From contig OZ024760.1 in the NCBI GenBank assembly GCA_964016885.1, positions 2,480,001 through 2,544,000 on the forward strand: a stretch of 64,000 bases of DNA. The letters are read 5' to 3'. Of the stretch, positions 24,912 to 40,659 are shown piece by piece. Numbering within the stretch: position 1 is the first letter of the stretch; each line of letters opens with the position of its first letter. The translations under genes were made by a program, and so were the position numbers. The DNA is from Eledone cirrhosa. Its lineage: Eukaryota. The notes under the pieces were generated by a model. It had not been told where the DNA came from and searched no databases. It was given only the letters and a program-made list of their open reading frames with translations.

Positions 24912-25321
24912 AACAGTGTGTGAGAGAGGGAGAGAGGGAGAGAGAGAGAGTGACAAAGAGAGAGAGACAGAAACAATGTGTGTGTGAGAGAGAGAGAGAG
25001 ACAAAGAGAAGGAGAGACAGTGTGAGAGAGAGTGAGTGAAAGAGAGAGACAGTGTGAGAGAGAGAATGTGAGTGAGAAAGTGATAGAGAGAGATACACTG
25101 AGAGAGAGAGAGAGACAATGTGAGTGAGAGAGAGAGAGACAATGTGAGTGAGACAGAGAGAGTTTGTGATAAAGAGAGAGAGAGAGAGAGAGATGCTATT
25201 TTTCTAGAAGCACTCAAACTGAGTGAAAGAGGAAGAGTTAGACAAAAGGAGAGCGAGAGAGAGGGAGAGAGTGCTATACCTTCCAAGTGAAAGAGGGAGA
25301 AGTAGAAAAAAGGAGAGCAAA

Positions 25322-25352
<31 letters not shown>

Positions 25353-25890
25353 AACAGACAGACGGAGAGAGAGAGATGGAGGGGCAAAGAGAAAGGAAGA
25401 GAAAGAGAGAGAGACTGAGTGAGAGAGGAGGGAAGGCTCAGAGAGAGAAAGGAAGAGAGAGAGAGAGAGAGTCAGACAGAGGAGCAAAGAGAAAGGAAGA
25501 AGAGGAAGAAAGAGAGAGAGAGAGAGACACAGACAGAGGAGCAAAGAGAAAGGAAGAAGAGCAAGAAAGAGAGAGAGAGAGAGAGGAACAATGAGAAAGG
25601 AAGAAGAGAAAGAAAGAGAAAGAGAGAGAGAGAGAGAGACAGACAGAGGAGCAAAGAGAAAGGAAGAAGAGATAAAGAGAGAGAGAGAAAGGAAGAAGAG
25701 AAAGAGAGAGAGAGAGAACGAGAGAAGAGAGAAGGGCGCGCGAGAGAGACGGGAAGACAGAACGAGAGAGAGGGGAAGGGTGTGAGAGAGAGACAGAGGG
25801 ACAAAGAGAGAGGAAGAGATAAAGAGAGAGAGAGAGAAAGGAAGAGAGAGGAAGGAAGGGTGAGAGCAAGAAAAAGGAACAGAGAGAGAA
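24840..25890. repeat. GA-rich polypurine tract upstream of the otoferlin-like gene
   Basis: (GA)n with recurring GAGGAGCAAAGAGAAAGGAAGAAGA modules. Confidence 0.9.
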
Positions 25891-26104
25891 CGGATGATAT
25901 TCTGTCTGAGTAACTCCGAATGAATTTCCTTTACCGAAACAGCGGAGTATCTCTGCTTCAAAACTATATTGATTTTCCCCCTATTTAAGCACATTCTATC
26001 CTTTCTAAAAAACATATTCTACCAGGTACACATTTATTTCTTAAATAATTTGTAGCCGATGTTTAACGGCATTTGGGGGAACGGAGAGCAAAGGTGCACA
26101 TAAA

Positions 26105-28370
<2,266 letters not shown>

Positions 28371-28479
28371 CAAACATCCACACCATTGTTTTATTTTACT
28401 CTTCTATGCGTGTGTAAGTGTGAATGTATTCATGTATGTGCATGTATGTGACTATGCGAATGTATGCATTACTGTGTGA

Positions 28480-29295
28480 GCATGTATGTGCATCTTTGCA
28501 GTAACATGTGCACCACTATGTGCATATGTGCATTAATGTATGATCCAGTGTGTGCATATACACATTAATGTGTGGACCACTATACGCATGTATGCAGTAG
28601 TGTGTAAGCATGTATGTGCATGTATGCAGTAATGTGTGAGCCTGTTTGTGTATGTATGCAGTAACGTGTAAACCACTATGTGCATGCATGCAGTAATGTG
28701 TAAACCACTGTGTGCATATATGCAGTAATGTGTAAACCACTATGTGCATGTATGCAGTAACATGTAAGCCACTGTGTGCATGTATGCAGTAGCGTGTAAG
28801 GTACTATGTGCATATATGCAGTAACATGTAAACCACTATGTGCATGTATGCAGTAACATGTAAACCACTATGTGCATGTATGCAGTAACATGTAAACCAC
28901 TATGTGCATGTATGCAGTAACATGTAAGCCACTGTGTGCATGTATGCAGTAGCGTGTAAGGTACTATGTGCATGTATGCAGTAACATGTAAACCACTATG
29001 TGCATGTATGCAGTAACATGTAAGCCATTATGTGCATATATGCAGTAACATGTAAACCACTATGTGCATGTATGCAGTAACATGTAAGCCACTGTGTGCA
29101 TGTATGCAGTAGCGTGTAAGGTACTATGTGCATGTGTGCAGTAACATGTAAACCACTATGTGCATGTATGCAGTAACATGTAAGCCATTATGTGCATATA
29201 TGCAGTAACATGTAAACCACTATGTGCATGTATGCAGTAGCGTGTAAGATACTCTGTGCACATGTGCAGTAATGTGTAAACCACTATATGCATGC
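28480..29295. repeat. 32-bp minisatellite (ACTATGTGCATGTATGCAGTAACATGTAAACC)
   Basis: About 25 copies; the variant GTAGCGTGTAAGGTACT recurs periodically. Confidence 0.9.
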
Positions 29296-30589
29296 ATACA
29301 CGTATTTGTGTGATTAAAAGAATTGAACGGAATCTATTGACAAGTCAGTGAGAAAATTATTCAAATCAATCAGTTTCTGATTAGGCACTTGCCAAATCTA
29401 TTTTTCTTCAGGTGCTGCTTCAACAGATATTTAGAAGCAAACTGCACCTCACCTTAACTCGACTGCTGCCATTCATCACCGACCAGTTATGTATTTCGAG
29501 ACTTATTGCTGCAAACTGCAGAAGTTATTTCTTTGCTTTTCCTGTTATTTTTGACAACTTTTCAGTAACACAACCTCTTCCTTACTCTCACATTGTCAGA
29601 AGATATAACTTTAACCCCTTCATCATCGTTTAACGTCCATGTTCCACGCTTGCATGGGTTTGGACGGGAGTTTTCCCACTTGAGGCAAGAGTGGTTGTCT
29701 TGCTCGCATAGGACTGTCTGGCAGGTTTTCTACAGCTGGATGCCCTTCCTAACACCAACCTTATTTACAGTGTGGGGCTGGGAGGTTTTTACCGTGTTGC
29801 CTACACGGCCACATTACAGCGTGGACTGTGTGTTTTTTGTCGTGACACCTACACGATCTCATTTGTTTCGGCCTTAATTATTATATTTCTAATCAAAGAC
29901 ATGGCCTATGGTTTTTAAACCTTTACAATTTACATTACTCTATATTTACTATTATATCTTCACAGTAAAAGCTTTACTTCACATAAGTATCTCACATTAT
30001 ATCAAATCTATCAGATTTTGATATTATTTATTTTGAAAACAAAACCCTAACATCAGTATGAGTGGCTGGTTATAGCTGATTTGAACAGAAAGGGGTGAGA
30101 GAATTCTGGTCAGATAATGCCAGTTTAAATGCCAGATATGACATTTTAATGCCAGATATGACCTAGGTCTTTTAAATAATTTTAACAATAGTAAAGAATT
30201 TGGAAGGATTTAGTACTATAACTAACTTTCTCATTAGTAACCTTTTCATTACTATATTACTAATCAAAGAAACTGCCTATGGCTTTAAATTAATTTTGAA
30301 AATAGTCAAAAATTAAGAAAGATTTAACAATGTAAATAACTTTTTCATTATCCATTATGATGGGAGGTTTTTAAATATATGTAAACACTTTAATCTTTTC
30401 ATTACTATATTTCTAATCAATACTGCCTATTATTTTCAAATAATTTTGAAAATAGTCATGAATTTGGAAGAATTTGGAAGAGTTTAATAATAAAACTAAC
30501 TTTCTCATTATTAAGATAGTGTTTGGAACATAACTTAAAGGTTCTTACACAAAATTAAGATTGAAAATATTTAGATAAATATAAACACA

Positions 30590-30818
30590 TTAACCCTCTA
30601 ACATCTACATTATTCTATATTTACTATTGTATTTTCACAGTAAAGGCTTTACCTCACATAATTATCTCTCATAATATCAAATCTCTGAGATTTTGATATT
30701 ATTTATTTTGAGAACAATACCTTAACATCAGCATGAGTGGCCGGTTATGGCTGGTTTCAACAGAAATTGGTGGGAGAATTCTGGCCGGACACGGCTGGTT
30801 TAAATACTAAAGTGTTAA
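30590..30818 (+). mobile_element. piggyBac-type TTAA MITE
   Basis: TTAA CCCTCTAACATCTA...TAAATACTAAAGTG TTAA. Confidence 0.8.
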
Positions 30819-31171
30819 AGGTTCTTACTCAAAATTAAGATTTACATTTTTAGATAAATATAAACATTAAAACAGTCTTGTAACCTAGAACTAGGTGTAA
30901 TTCCAGGCAGTTTACTATCAAAATGGTTAATATTTTGGTGTTATCTCTTATTCAGTTCCTGGTATACTTCTGTCTGAGGCCATGCTGGGGCATCACCATT
31001 GTTTGTCAAAGAAAAACAATAAGAACCACATACCATATATATCTTTATTTATAGTTAATTATCCTTGGTTATAATTGATTATGATAGTTAACAAATTAAA
31101 GTTGATTTGAAACAGAATTTCATTTTCATTTCTGAAAATACTACTACTACTACTACTACTACTACTATTAT

Positions 31172-31209
<38 letters not shown>

Positions 31210-31539
31210 ACAATAATGATTTCTACTATAGGCCCAAGGCCAGTAATTTTGGGGAGAAGGTTGATTAAATTGACCCCAGTGCATTACTGGTACTTTATTT
31301 TATCGACCCCGTAAGGATGAAAGGCAAAGTTAACCTCGGCAGAATTTGAACTCAGAACGTAAAGGGCTGTAACTCTATGCTGCAAAGCATGTTGTCCGAC
31401 GCTCTACCGATACTGCCAATCTACCGCCCTCATAAAAATAATAATAATAACAATAATAATAATAATAATAATAAACAAATAAGATAAAAACCAGTAGTGG
31501 AAACAACAATTCAACAATGCCTATGGAGATTTGTAAATC

Positions 31540-31749
31540 TTAACCCATTGGTATCTACATTAATCTATAATATTGTATTTTCATAGTAAAGACTTTATCT
31601 TACATAATATCTCATAGATATTTTGATATTATTTATTTTGAGAACAATACCTTAACATAAGTATGAGCAGGCGGTTACAGCCGGTTTTGAACAGAAATAG
31701 GTGAGAGAATTCTGGCCGGATATGGCCGGTTTAAATGCTAAAGGGTTAA
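31540..31749 (+). mobile_element. piggyBac-type TTAA MITE
   Basis: TTAA|CCC...TAAATGCTAAAGGG|TTAA. The family TIR is CCCTTTAGCATTTA. At least 12 copies occur in the window, also at 29928, 32899-33063, 39274, 39518, 40018, 40305, 54212-54440 and 62865-63064. Confidence 0.85.
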
Positions 31750-32607
31750 TATCTTATCCACTAAAAACATCATAGAAAAATATATACTCTATGTCCCCTT
31801 GTGTTTATATTCCAAGATTATTTATTATTAATTAGTTAGTAGGTAGTCTTAACTACTGTTGGTGTGACATTTCTGGGTCTTATGTATACATGTATGTATG
31901 TAAATATATATATATATATACATACAAAAATACATATAAACATGTACATACATACATACATACTCCACCCATCCCTTCAATCTATCTTATTTCTCATTCT
32001 TTCTTCTGATGAAGGACTAGCGTCCAAAACATTAAGACCCTCTTCCTGCTATATCAAGCGTTAACCTAATATATCCCTTCCATATACTGTACCGATTGTG
32101 TTGTTATTTCTGTTTACCTTTTACATACATCATCATCATCATCATCATCGTTTAACGTCCATCTTCCACGCTTGCATGGGTTTGGACGGGAGTTTTCCCA
32201 CTTGAGGCAAGAGTGATTGTCTTGCTCGCATAGGCTGTCTGGCGGGTTTTCTACGGCTGGATGTCCTTCCTAACACCAACCACATTTACAGTGTGGAACT
32301 GGGAGGGTTTTACCGTGTTACCTACACGGCCACATTACAGCGTGGACTGTGTGTTTTTTTGTCGTGACACCTACACAACCTCATTTGTTTCGGCTTGGAT
32401 GTTGTGGTACCAACATAACTTTACATTGAAAGGGGTGGTGTGGATGGGGTGGGGGTAGTGGGACGGGGGTGTATTTTGTTAGAGGTGCCTACTGACTGTA
32501 GTAGGTTTTACTTTGTATTTAGGTAAGGCGGGTCTTCTCTATTACTGTGTAGCGCCAAAGATCTCGGTCCAGTAACATTGTCTTGGAGAGGTGTAAGTGT
32601 GTGAGGT

Positions 32608-32657
<50 letters not shown>

Positions 32658-33273
32658 ATATATATACATGTATGTGCTTATATTCATAAATACATACATA
32701 CATAAATACAAATATATATATATTTTCGAATGTAGCTGTCAAAACGTCCAGAGCTCAGCCATCTGGGTCCTGAATCTTTTCATATTACCCACTCTACTAC
32801 CCAAGTATTGAGTACTCTGGTGGCTTATGTTGCACCTGGTATCTTATCACACCTTCTTTGTTATATATATATATATATATACTAACCTTTGTCCATTATT
32901 AACCCTTTAGTATTTAAACTGGCCATATCTAGCCGGAATCCCCCTCTCACCTCTTTCTCTTCAAACTGGATGTAATCTCATAGATTCAATATTATGTGAG
33001 GTAAAGCCTTTACCATGAAAATATAATAGCAAATATAGAGTAATGTAAATGCTAAAGGGTTAAACTGGTTGTTTGGAACATAACTTAACAAAGGTTCTTA
33101 TACAGAATTATAGTGTAAGGTTTTTAGATAAATATTTGTCTGCTTTCGTTAATATAGTTCTAATCAAAGACTGCCTATATTTTTCAAATAATTCTAAAAA
33201 TAGTCAAGAATTTGGAGGGATTTAGAAAAACAACTATGTACGTATAAAACTGGTTGCTGTTTGGAACTGTCCA

Positions 33274-33437
33274 CTGGGGCTGTGGGGAGGGGGCCAGCAT
33301 GTGGGAACCCATTTGCTGGGGCTGTGGGGGGAGGCCAGCATGTGGGAACCAATTTGCTGGGGCTGTGGGAGGAGGCCAGCACGTGGGAACCAATTTGCTG
33401 GGGCTGAGGGGAGGCCAGCACATGGGAACCCATTTGC
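33274..33437. repeat. 41-bp G-rich minisatellite, 4 copies
   Basis: CTGGGGCTGTGGGGGGAGGCCAGCATGTGGGAACCAATTTG units start at 33274, 33316, 33357 and 33398. Confidence 0.9.
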
Positions 33438-33639
33438 TCATCATACAGAGAGATGGGGAGGACGAGAGAGATGGAGGCGATGACAGTGGGAGTTCGGCTC
33501 TTCTACATTCAGACCATACCCTTGTGGTTGTGTTTATTATCTATAGATTTCTTACATAACTTCCCCTGAATGAAGTAAAGTACCAGTGACTTATTCTGAG
33601 ATGTCAGTATATAAGTAAGTATAACCAATTGTGCTAGTA

Positions 33640-34165
33640 CAGCGGTTCCCAACCTTTTATAATAAATTCCACCTTAATGATATAGCAAAACAGTATGGCC
33701 CCCACAAAAAAATATAATTTTTTTATGTAGAAATAATTTCGGCATGTCTTTTTATTTCAATCAAATCATTTTAAATTTATTATAAACTTTACTAAAATTT
33801 ACTAAAATAAATAATATATATCCTGTTATAAAAATAAGTTTCTTTACTAAGTTTATTTACGAAAACATAAATTGTTATATCCAGATTTAAATAATTATCA
33901 AGTGAAGTGAAATCATAATTAGAAAAGGTAGAATAAAAGGTAGAATAAAAAGGTAGAATAAAAGGTAGAATAAAAAGGTAGAATAAAAGGTAGGATAAAA
34001 ATTGGAATATAAAAGTTTGAAGCAAGAAAAAGAAAAAAATTATGTTAGGAAACTACTCTTCTTTTTTATGTATGAAATTTTGTGATTTTTAGTTAATTCC
34101 TGTGGCTCCCCCAATAACTTGCTAGGGCCCACTGGTGGGCCATAGCCCCCTGTTGGTAACCAATG
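33640..34165. mobile_element. Non-autonomous hAT (Charlie-like) element
   Basis: TIRs CAGCGGTTCCCAAC / GTTGGTAACCAATG and an exact 8-bp TSD, TGCTAGTA, at 33632-33639 and 34166-34173. Confidence 0.9.
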
Positions 34166-34946
34166 TGCTAGTATTTCCTTTTGCCCTCTATCATGTCAAT
34201 TTTATATGTTCAACTTGTATCAAATCAGTGAAGATCCCTGAATATTAATTATAATAATAATAATAATAATAATAATGAAGTATTGTGTACAGTGCTCAGG
34301 TGCACTACAACTCATCAAAAAGTGTATGTATAGTACATAGGGTAATGTACAAACATCAGGAAAATGAACAGTGCATGAGTCATGATACACACGTGTGCAT
34401 GTGTATGGAAGGGGTACATCAGGTGTAGTTTTGGCGTATTTCGGGAAGCATGAGTGTCTTAAAGGATGCAGTGTCTCGGCAGCTAACAACTGACGCAGGC
34501 AGTTAGTTGATATACGTCAATATTATTCAACTTAAAAAAAGGTTTTTAATTAGAATTAAAATTAAAGATATTTTAGATAAATATAAACTCTTTAACTCTT
34601 TCATTAGCATGATTCTAATACCGAAAAAACACTGCTTAAGATTTTCAAATAATTTTGAAAATAATCAGGTTTAGAAAAGGAGGGGATTAGAAAAACATAA
34701 TTTTGTTTGTTATAAAACTTGTTGGTGTTTGGAACACAACTTAACAAAGGTTCTTACATAGAATTACAATGGAATGAGGTCTTGTTATAAAAATGAATAT
34801 TTGAAAATAGATAGTTTGATAAGATGGCACCAGGTAGCCTCAGGGGAACTAGTATCAAAAATGGTTAGTTCTTTGATTCTGCATTATTGTATCTGGAAGT
34901 AGCTTTGGTTTTCATTTGTCTTTGTTTTAATGTATATATATATATA

Positions 34947-34988
<42 letters not shown>

Positions 34989-35102
34989 TATATATATATA
35001 TATATAATATGATATATATATATATATATATATGATATATATATGATATATATATATAAAATATAATGTATATATATATAATATAATATATATATAAAAT
35101 AT

Positions 35103-35135
<33 letters not shown>

Positions 35136-35185
35136 AAATATAATATATATATATATAATATGATATATATATATATATATATATG

Positions 35186-35245
<60 letters not shown>

Positions 35246-35248
35246 GAT

Positions 35249-35321
<73 letters not shown>

Positions 35322-35950
35322 TACATACACACATTTATGGACATGATGATAATAATAATAATAATAATTATTATTATTATTTTTAACATTGGCACAAGGC
35401 CACCAATTTAGAGGGAAGGGGAAGTCAATTATAGAAACCCCAGTACATAGCTGGTACATTATTTTGGAAGGATGAAAGGCAATTTTTAACCTCACCAGTA
35501 TTTGAACTCAAAACATAAGTCGTTTCCAAATACCACAAACCATTCTGTCTGACGCTCTACTGATTCTGCCAATCAACCACCTTAATGAAAATGTATATAT
35601 AAGAATTTTTGTATCACATGTAATGGCTTTGTATGAGTATGTATGTGCATGTGAGGTGTATATTTATGTGTGTGTATATATATATCAGGTGTCACATATA
35701 TGCAGGTGTCTATATGAAGTGTAATAGCTACAAAAGTATATATTTGGAATGTATATATATATATATATATAAATATATATATATAAATATATAAATATAT
35801 GTATGAAGCTGTGGCTGTGTGTATATATATATATATATATCGCATAATTGAAATTTTGGCTTAAGTTTAATACATATAAATTTATATATTACATTTATAT
35901 CTCTCTCTATATATATATACACACAAAAACACATCTATAGATATACCTGC

Positions 35951-36007
<57 letters not shown>

Positions 36008-36064
36008 GAGAGAGAGAATTATATATTTTGTAAATTTCTGTCTCCCCCTCTCTCTCTATTTATC

Positions 36065-36097
<33 letters not shown>

Positions 36098-36184
36098 TAT
36101 ACACACACATCTATAGATGTATATGAAGGTATATATATATAGAAAACAAAATATAATTAGAAAATTACTTAAGATTTAACAAGA

Positions 36185-36228
36185 ACAACTACTACTACTA
36201 CTACTACTACTATTATTATTACTACTAA

Positions 36229-36263
<35 letters not shown>

Positions 36264-37107
36264 TTGCTACTACTAAAATTACTACAACTGCTACTACTAA
36301 TACTACCACTACTGGCATTGTTGTTGGTAGTAATGGTAGTAGTATTAGTAGTATATACAGCAACAACAACACCACCTACACCAACATCACCATTATCACC
36401 AACAACATCACCACCAACAACATCACCACCAACAACATCATCACCAACACGACCTACACCAACAACACCACCACCACCAACACCACCACCACTACCACCA
36501 ACATCATCACCACCAACACCACCTACACCAACAACACCACCACCACCACCAACATCACCACCAACACCACATACACGAAGACCACCAACAATATCCCCAC
36601 CATTACCACCACCAACAACAACACCACAATCACCACCACCACATCCACCACAATCACCACAATCCCCACCACCACAATCCCCACCACCACAATCACCACC
36701 ATCACCACCACCACAATCACCACCACCACCTCCACCTCAATCACCACCACCTCCATCACAATCACCACCAACACACCACCACCATCACCACCACCAACAA
36801 TATCCCCACCATTACCACCACCAACAACAACACCACCACAATCACCACCACAATCACCACCTCCACCACAATCACCACCACCACCTCCACCACAATCACC
36901 ACCACCACCTCAATCACCACCACCACCACCACCACAATCACCACCACCACCACCACCACCACCACCACCATCACCACCACCATCACCACAATCACCACCA
37001 CCACCTCCACCACAATCACCACCACCACCACAATCACCACCACCATCACAATCACCTCCACCACAATCACCACCACCACCACAATCACCACCACCATCAC
37101 CACCACT
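36185..37107. repeat. (ACT)n/(CCA)n/(CAA)n trinucleotide low-complexity tract
   Basis: Produces the spurious Pro/His-rich ORF 36264-37190. Confidence 0.9.
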
Positions 37108-38489
37108 ATGAAATGGAAACAACATATGAACAATTAAATTTAAGAGAAATAAAATGTGATGGCATTTGTAATAACATTATCGATGATTAGATAATGATAT
37201 TAAGAAAAAATAGAAAAAAAATATCATAATGATAATTTCTTTTATTGAAACACATGGTTTTCAGGAAAAGAAATGTCTATGGAATTGGTAAAGTGTTGGT
37301 GTCAGCAATGGAACCTCCTCTCTCTATCTCTGTCTATTTATTTACCTATCTCTCCTTCTCTCTTTTACTTTCTCTCTCTCTTTCTTCCTCCATCTTTCTT
37401 TCTCTTTGTCTTTCTCTCTCTTTCTTCTCTCTCTCTCTCTCTTCCTCCATCTTTCTCTCTCTCTTCCTCCATCTTTCTTTCTCTTTGTCTTTCTCTCTCT
37501 TTCTTCTCACTCTCTCTCTTCCTCCATCTTTCTCTCTCTCTTCCTCCATCTTTCTCTCTTTCTTCTTTGTCTTTCTCTTTTTTCTTTGTCTTTCTCTCTC
37601 TTTTTCCTTTGTCTTTCTCTCTTTTTTTGTCTTTCTCTTTCTTCTTCTCTCTCTCTGTCTCCACCTCTCTCTCTTTCTTTCTCTTTGTCTCTCTCTCTCT
37701 TCCTTCCTCCTTTTGTCTCTCTCTCCATGTTTCTCTGTCTTTTTCTCATCTGTTTATCTCTCTCTCTTCCTCCCTCTTTCTCTACCTTCTTCTCTCACAC
37801 CAACTTTACAGTGTATTGAGTTCATTTTATCATATTACTATCACTACAGAGATTATCGTGGCTTTGATGTAATTGATAAGTCCTCTCTACTCCCTCTTTA
37901 TCTACAGCTGTCCTTCCTAATGCCAACTACTTTACAGAGTGGACTGGGTGCATTTTGTCATGGCACCAACATTAGAGAGGTTGTCATGTCCTTGATTCAA
38001 CTGAAGAGCCCTCTCTACCACACCCAACTTTTTTTCTTTTTGTATGATTTCTCAGCTGGACACCCTTCCCAATGTCAACCACTTTACAGAGTGAATTAGG
38101 TGTATTTTATCATGGCCCCAACACTAGAGTGGAAATCTGTGGAGGCATGTGGTAAAGGAGTTGGACTGACAATCATAATGTCGTGGGTTTGATCCTTGGA
38201 CTGGGTTGTGCGTTGTGATCTTGAGCAAAACACTTCATTTCATGTTGCTCCAGTATACTCAGCAGTATACTCAAATGAGTACCAGCAATAGCTGGGGGTT
38301 TAACCCTGTGATGGACTCAAGTCTTGTCCAAAGGGAAGTCTTGTACTCTGAGTCACTTAATGCCATGAAAACCAAGATAAGTACTGGCATGATGAACCTC
38401 ATGGCTTGAGACAGACTTTACAACACTAGAGAGGGATTACTGTGTGTATCTAGTTTAGAATAGGTACATAGTATCCCTATGTATTGCAT

Positions 38490-38710
38490 GAGGTGACTGA
38501 ACGGGTTGCCACTATCAAAACCAACTGGCAAGAGACCCAGCGGTAGACCCTGAGCAAATTGGTTGGGTAACATACTTAAGCTCAGCAGGTCTTGCTTGAA
38601 AATCCAGCCAGATGTATTGGAGATGATTTCTTCTGGCAGGACCCTCTTGAAGGAGTGTTGGAGAACTCTACCCTTACGTCCCCACCAGGAATAAGTGGGC
38701 AAATAAAATG
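38490..38710 (+). mobile_element. Degenerate RTE LINE 3' fragment
   Basis: AAACCAACTGGCAAGAGACCCAGCGGTAGACCC encodes KPTGKRPSGRP and is homologous to the reverse complement of 40700-40830. Confidence 0.6.
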
Positions 38711-40659
38711 ACAAGAAGACTTCAATTTGAATAGGAACCCTTTAAAAATGAGAGATTTTGTTTTATAGAACCAGAGTCACTTTTGGCGGGGTTGGTATCA
38801 AAAGAGTTAAAGACATTGTTATATACTTCAAAAAGCTACTAAACCAATCCAAACCATTTCAAATGTGGAATATATATGCAAGATACGGTCCTTCCAACAC
38901 ATCTAGTTTCATGCTGAAGCAACTTGTCCAAATCATGCCATGGAAAATGGACATAAAATGATGATAAATGAGATGGTTTGGGCAGGTTTAGGACTGAAGG
39001 GTTAAAGAGATTGTCATTTATTTCAAAAAGCTATTAATCTTTGCTACTTGGTTGCTATATTATATAAATTAATGATATCCCTACTAAGATGGTAACTTAA
39101 TATATGTTTCCTAAAGTAGATATAAAATGATGATGCTGATAAAAGAGCTGGTTTTGACAGAGTTAGTATGAAAAGGGATAAATATATTCTTATTTATTTC
39201 AAAAAGTCATTAATCCTTGCTATTTGGTTACTATATTATATAAATTAAATTATATCATCTTTAAGACAGTAACTTAACCCTTTAGCATTTACATTACTCT
39301 ATATTTACTATTGCATTTAGCATTTACATTACTCTATATTTACTATTGTATTTTCATGGTAAAGGCTTTATCTCACATACTATCGAATCTATGAGATTTT
39401 CATATTATTTGTTTTGAGAACAATACCTTAACATCAGTATGAGTGGCCAGTTAAAGCCAGTTTGAACAGAAAGAAATGAGAGAATTCTGGCCGGATACAG
39501 CCAGTTTAAATGCTAAATCTGGCAAGAATTCTCTCACCTCTTTCTGTTCAAACTGGCCATAACCGGCTGCTCAAACTTATATTACGGCATTGTTCTCAAA
39601 ATAAATAATATCAAAATCTCATAGATTCGATATTATATGAGATATTATGTGAGATGAAATGTTTATCGTGAAAGTACAATAGTATATATAGAGTAATGTA
39701 AATGCTAAAGGGTTAACACATAATTCTTAAAGCAAATACAAAATGATGAAACAATGATGAATTTTGAAGGAGCAGATTTTGGCAGAGTTGGTAGATTTTG
39801 GCAGAGTTGGTACCAAAAGGTTTAAGGACATTGTTATTTATTTCTAAGAGCTACCAAATCCATCCAAACCATGTGGAATATATGAGCAAGATGTTGTCTT
39901 CCAATGCATCTAGTTTGTGGTTGTAACAACCCATCAAAAACTATGCAAACTTAGAAAACAAACATAAAATGGTAATGATGATGATGGAAGAGCTGGTTTT
40001 GGCAGTGTTAATGTCATTAGCATTTACATAACTCTATATTTATTATTGTATTTTCATGGTGAAGGCTTTACCTCACATAATATCTCACACAGTATCGAAT
40101 CTATGAGATTTTGATATTATTTATTTTGAGAACCAGTAATACACTGGGTAATTGATGGCCTTGTGCCAAAAGTAGAAACAATTATTTATTTTGAGAACAA
40201 TACCTTAACATCAGTATGAGGAGCTAGTTACAGCCAGTTTCAACAGAAAGAAGTAAGAGAATTTTGGCTGGATACTGGCGGTTTAAATGCTAAAGGGTTA
40301 AGGGTTCACAAAATAAATAATATCAAAATCTCATAGATTCTATACTATGTGAGATAATTATGGGAGATAAAATGTTTATTGTGAAAATACAATAGTATAT
40401 ATAGAGTAATGTACAGAGAGAATTCTGGCCGGATATGGCCGGTTTAAATGCTAAAGGTTTAGGACATTGTTATCATTAATAAATCTTTTAAGAAAATAAA
40501 TGTAATAAATTTATTGTTGATATAACAATAAATTGGTCAAACATACACAGAAAGAAAGCAGTATTGGAAAGGACTATAAATGCTATAAATGAGAGAAAAA
40601 GGAGGGTAAGAGCAAGGACTATTAAACAAAGGAAGAAAGAAAGGGGAAAAGGGAGAGGG

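Noticed and set aside
29400-29530. Possible exon (plus-strand acceptor TTTTTCTTCAG; minus-strand donor AAG|GTGAG)
   Set aside because: No frame gives a recognisable peptide. A non-coding exon cannot be excluded without RNA data.
36264-37190. Extensin-like or His-rich ORF (similar ones at 46083-46799 and 59787-60516)
   Set aside because: These are trinucleotide low-complexity tracts without splice or domain support.
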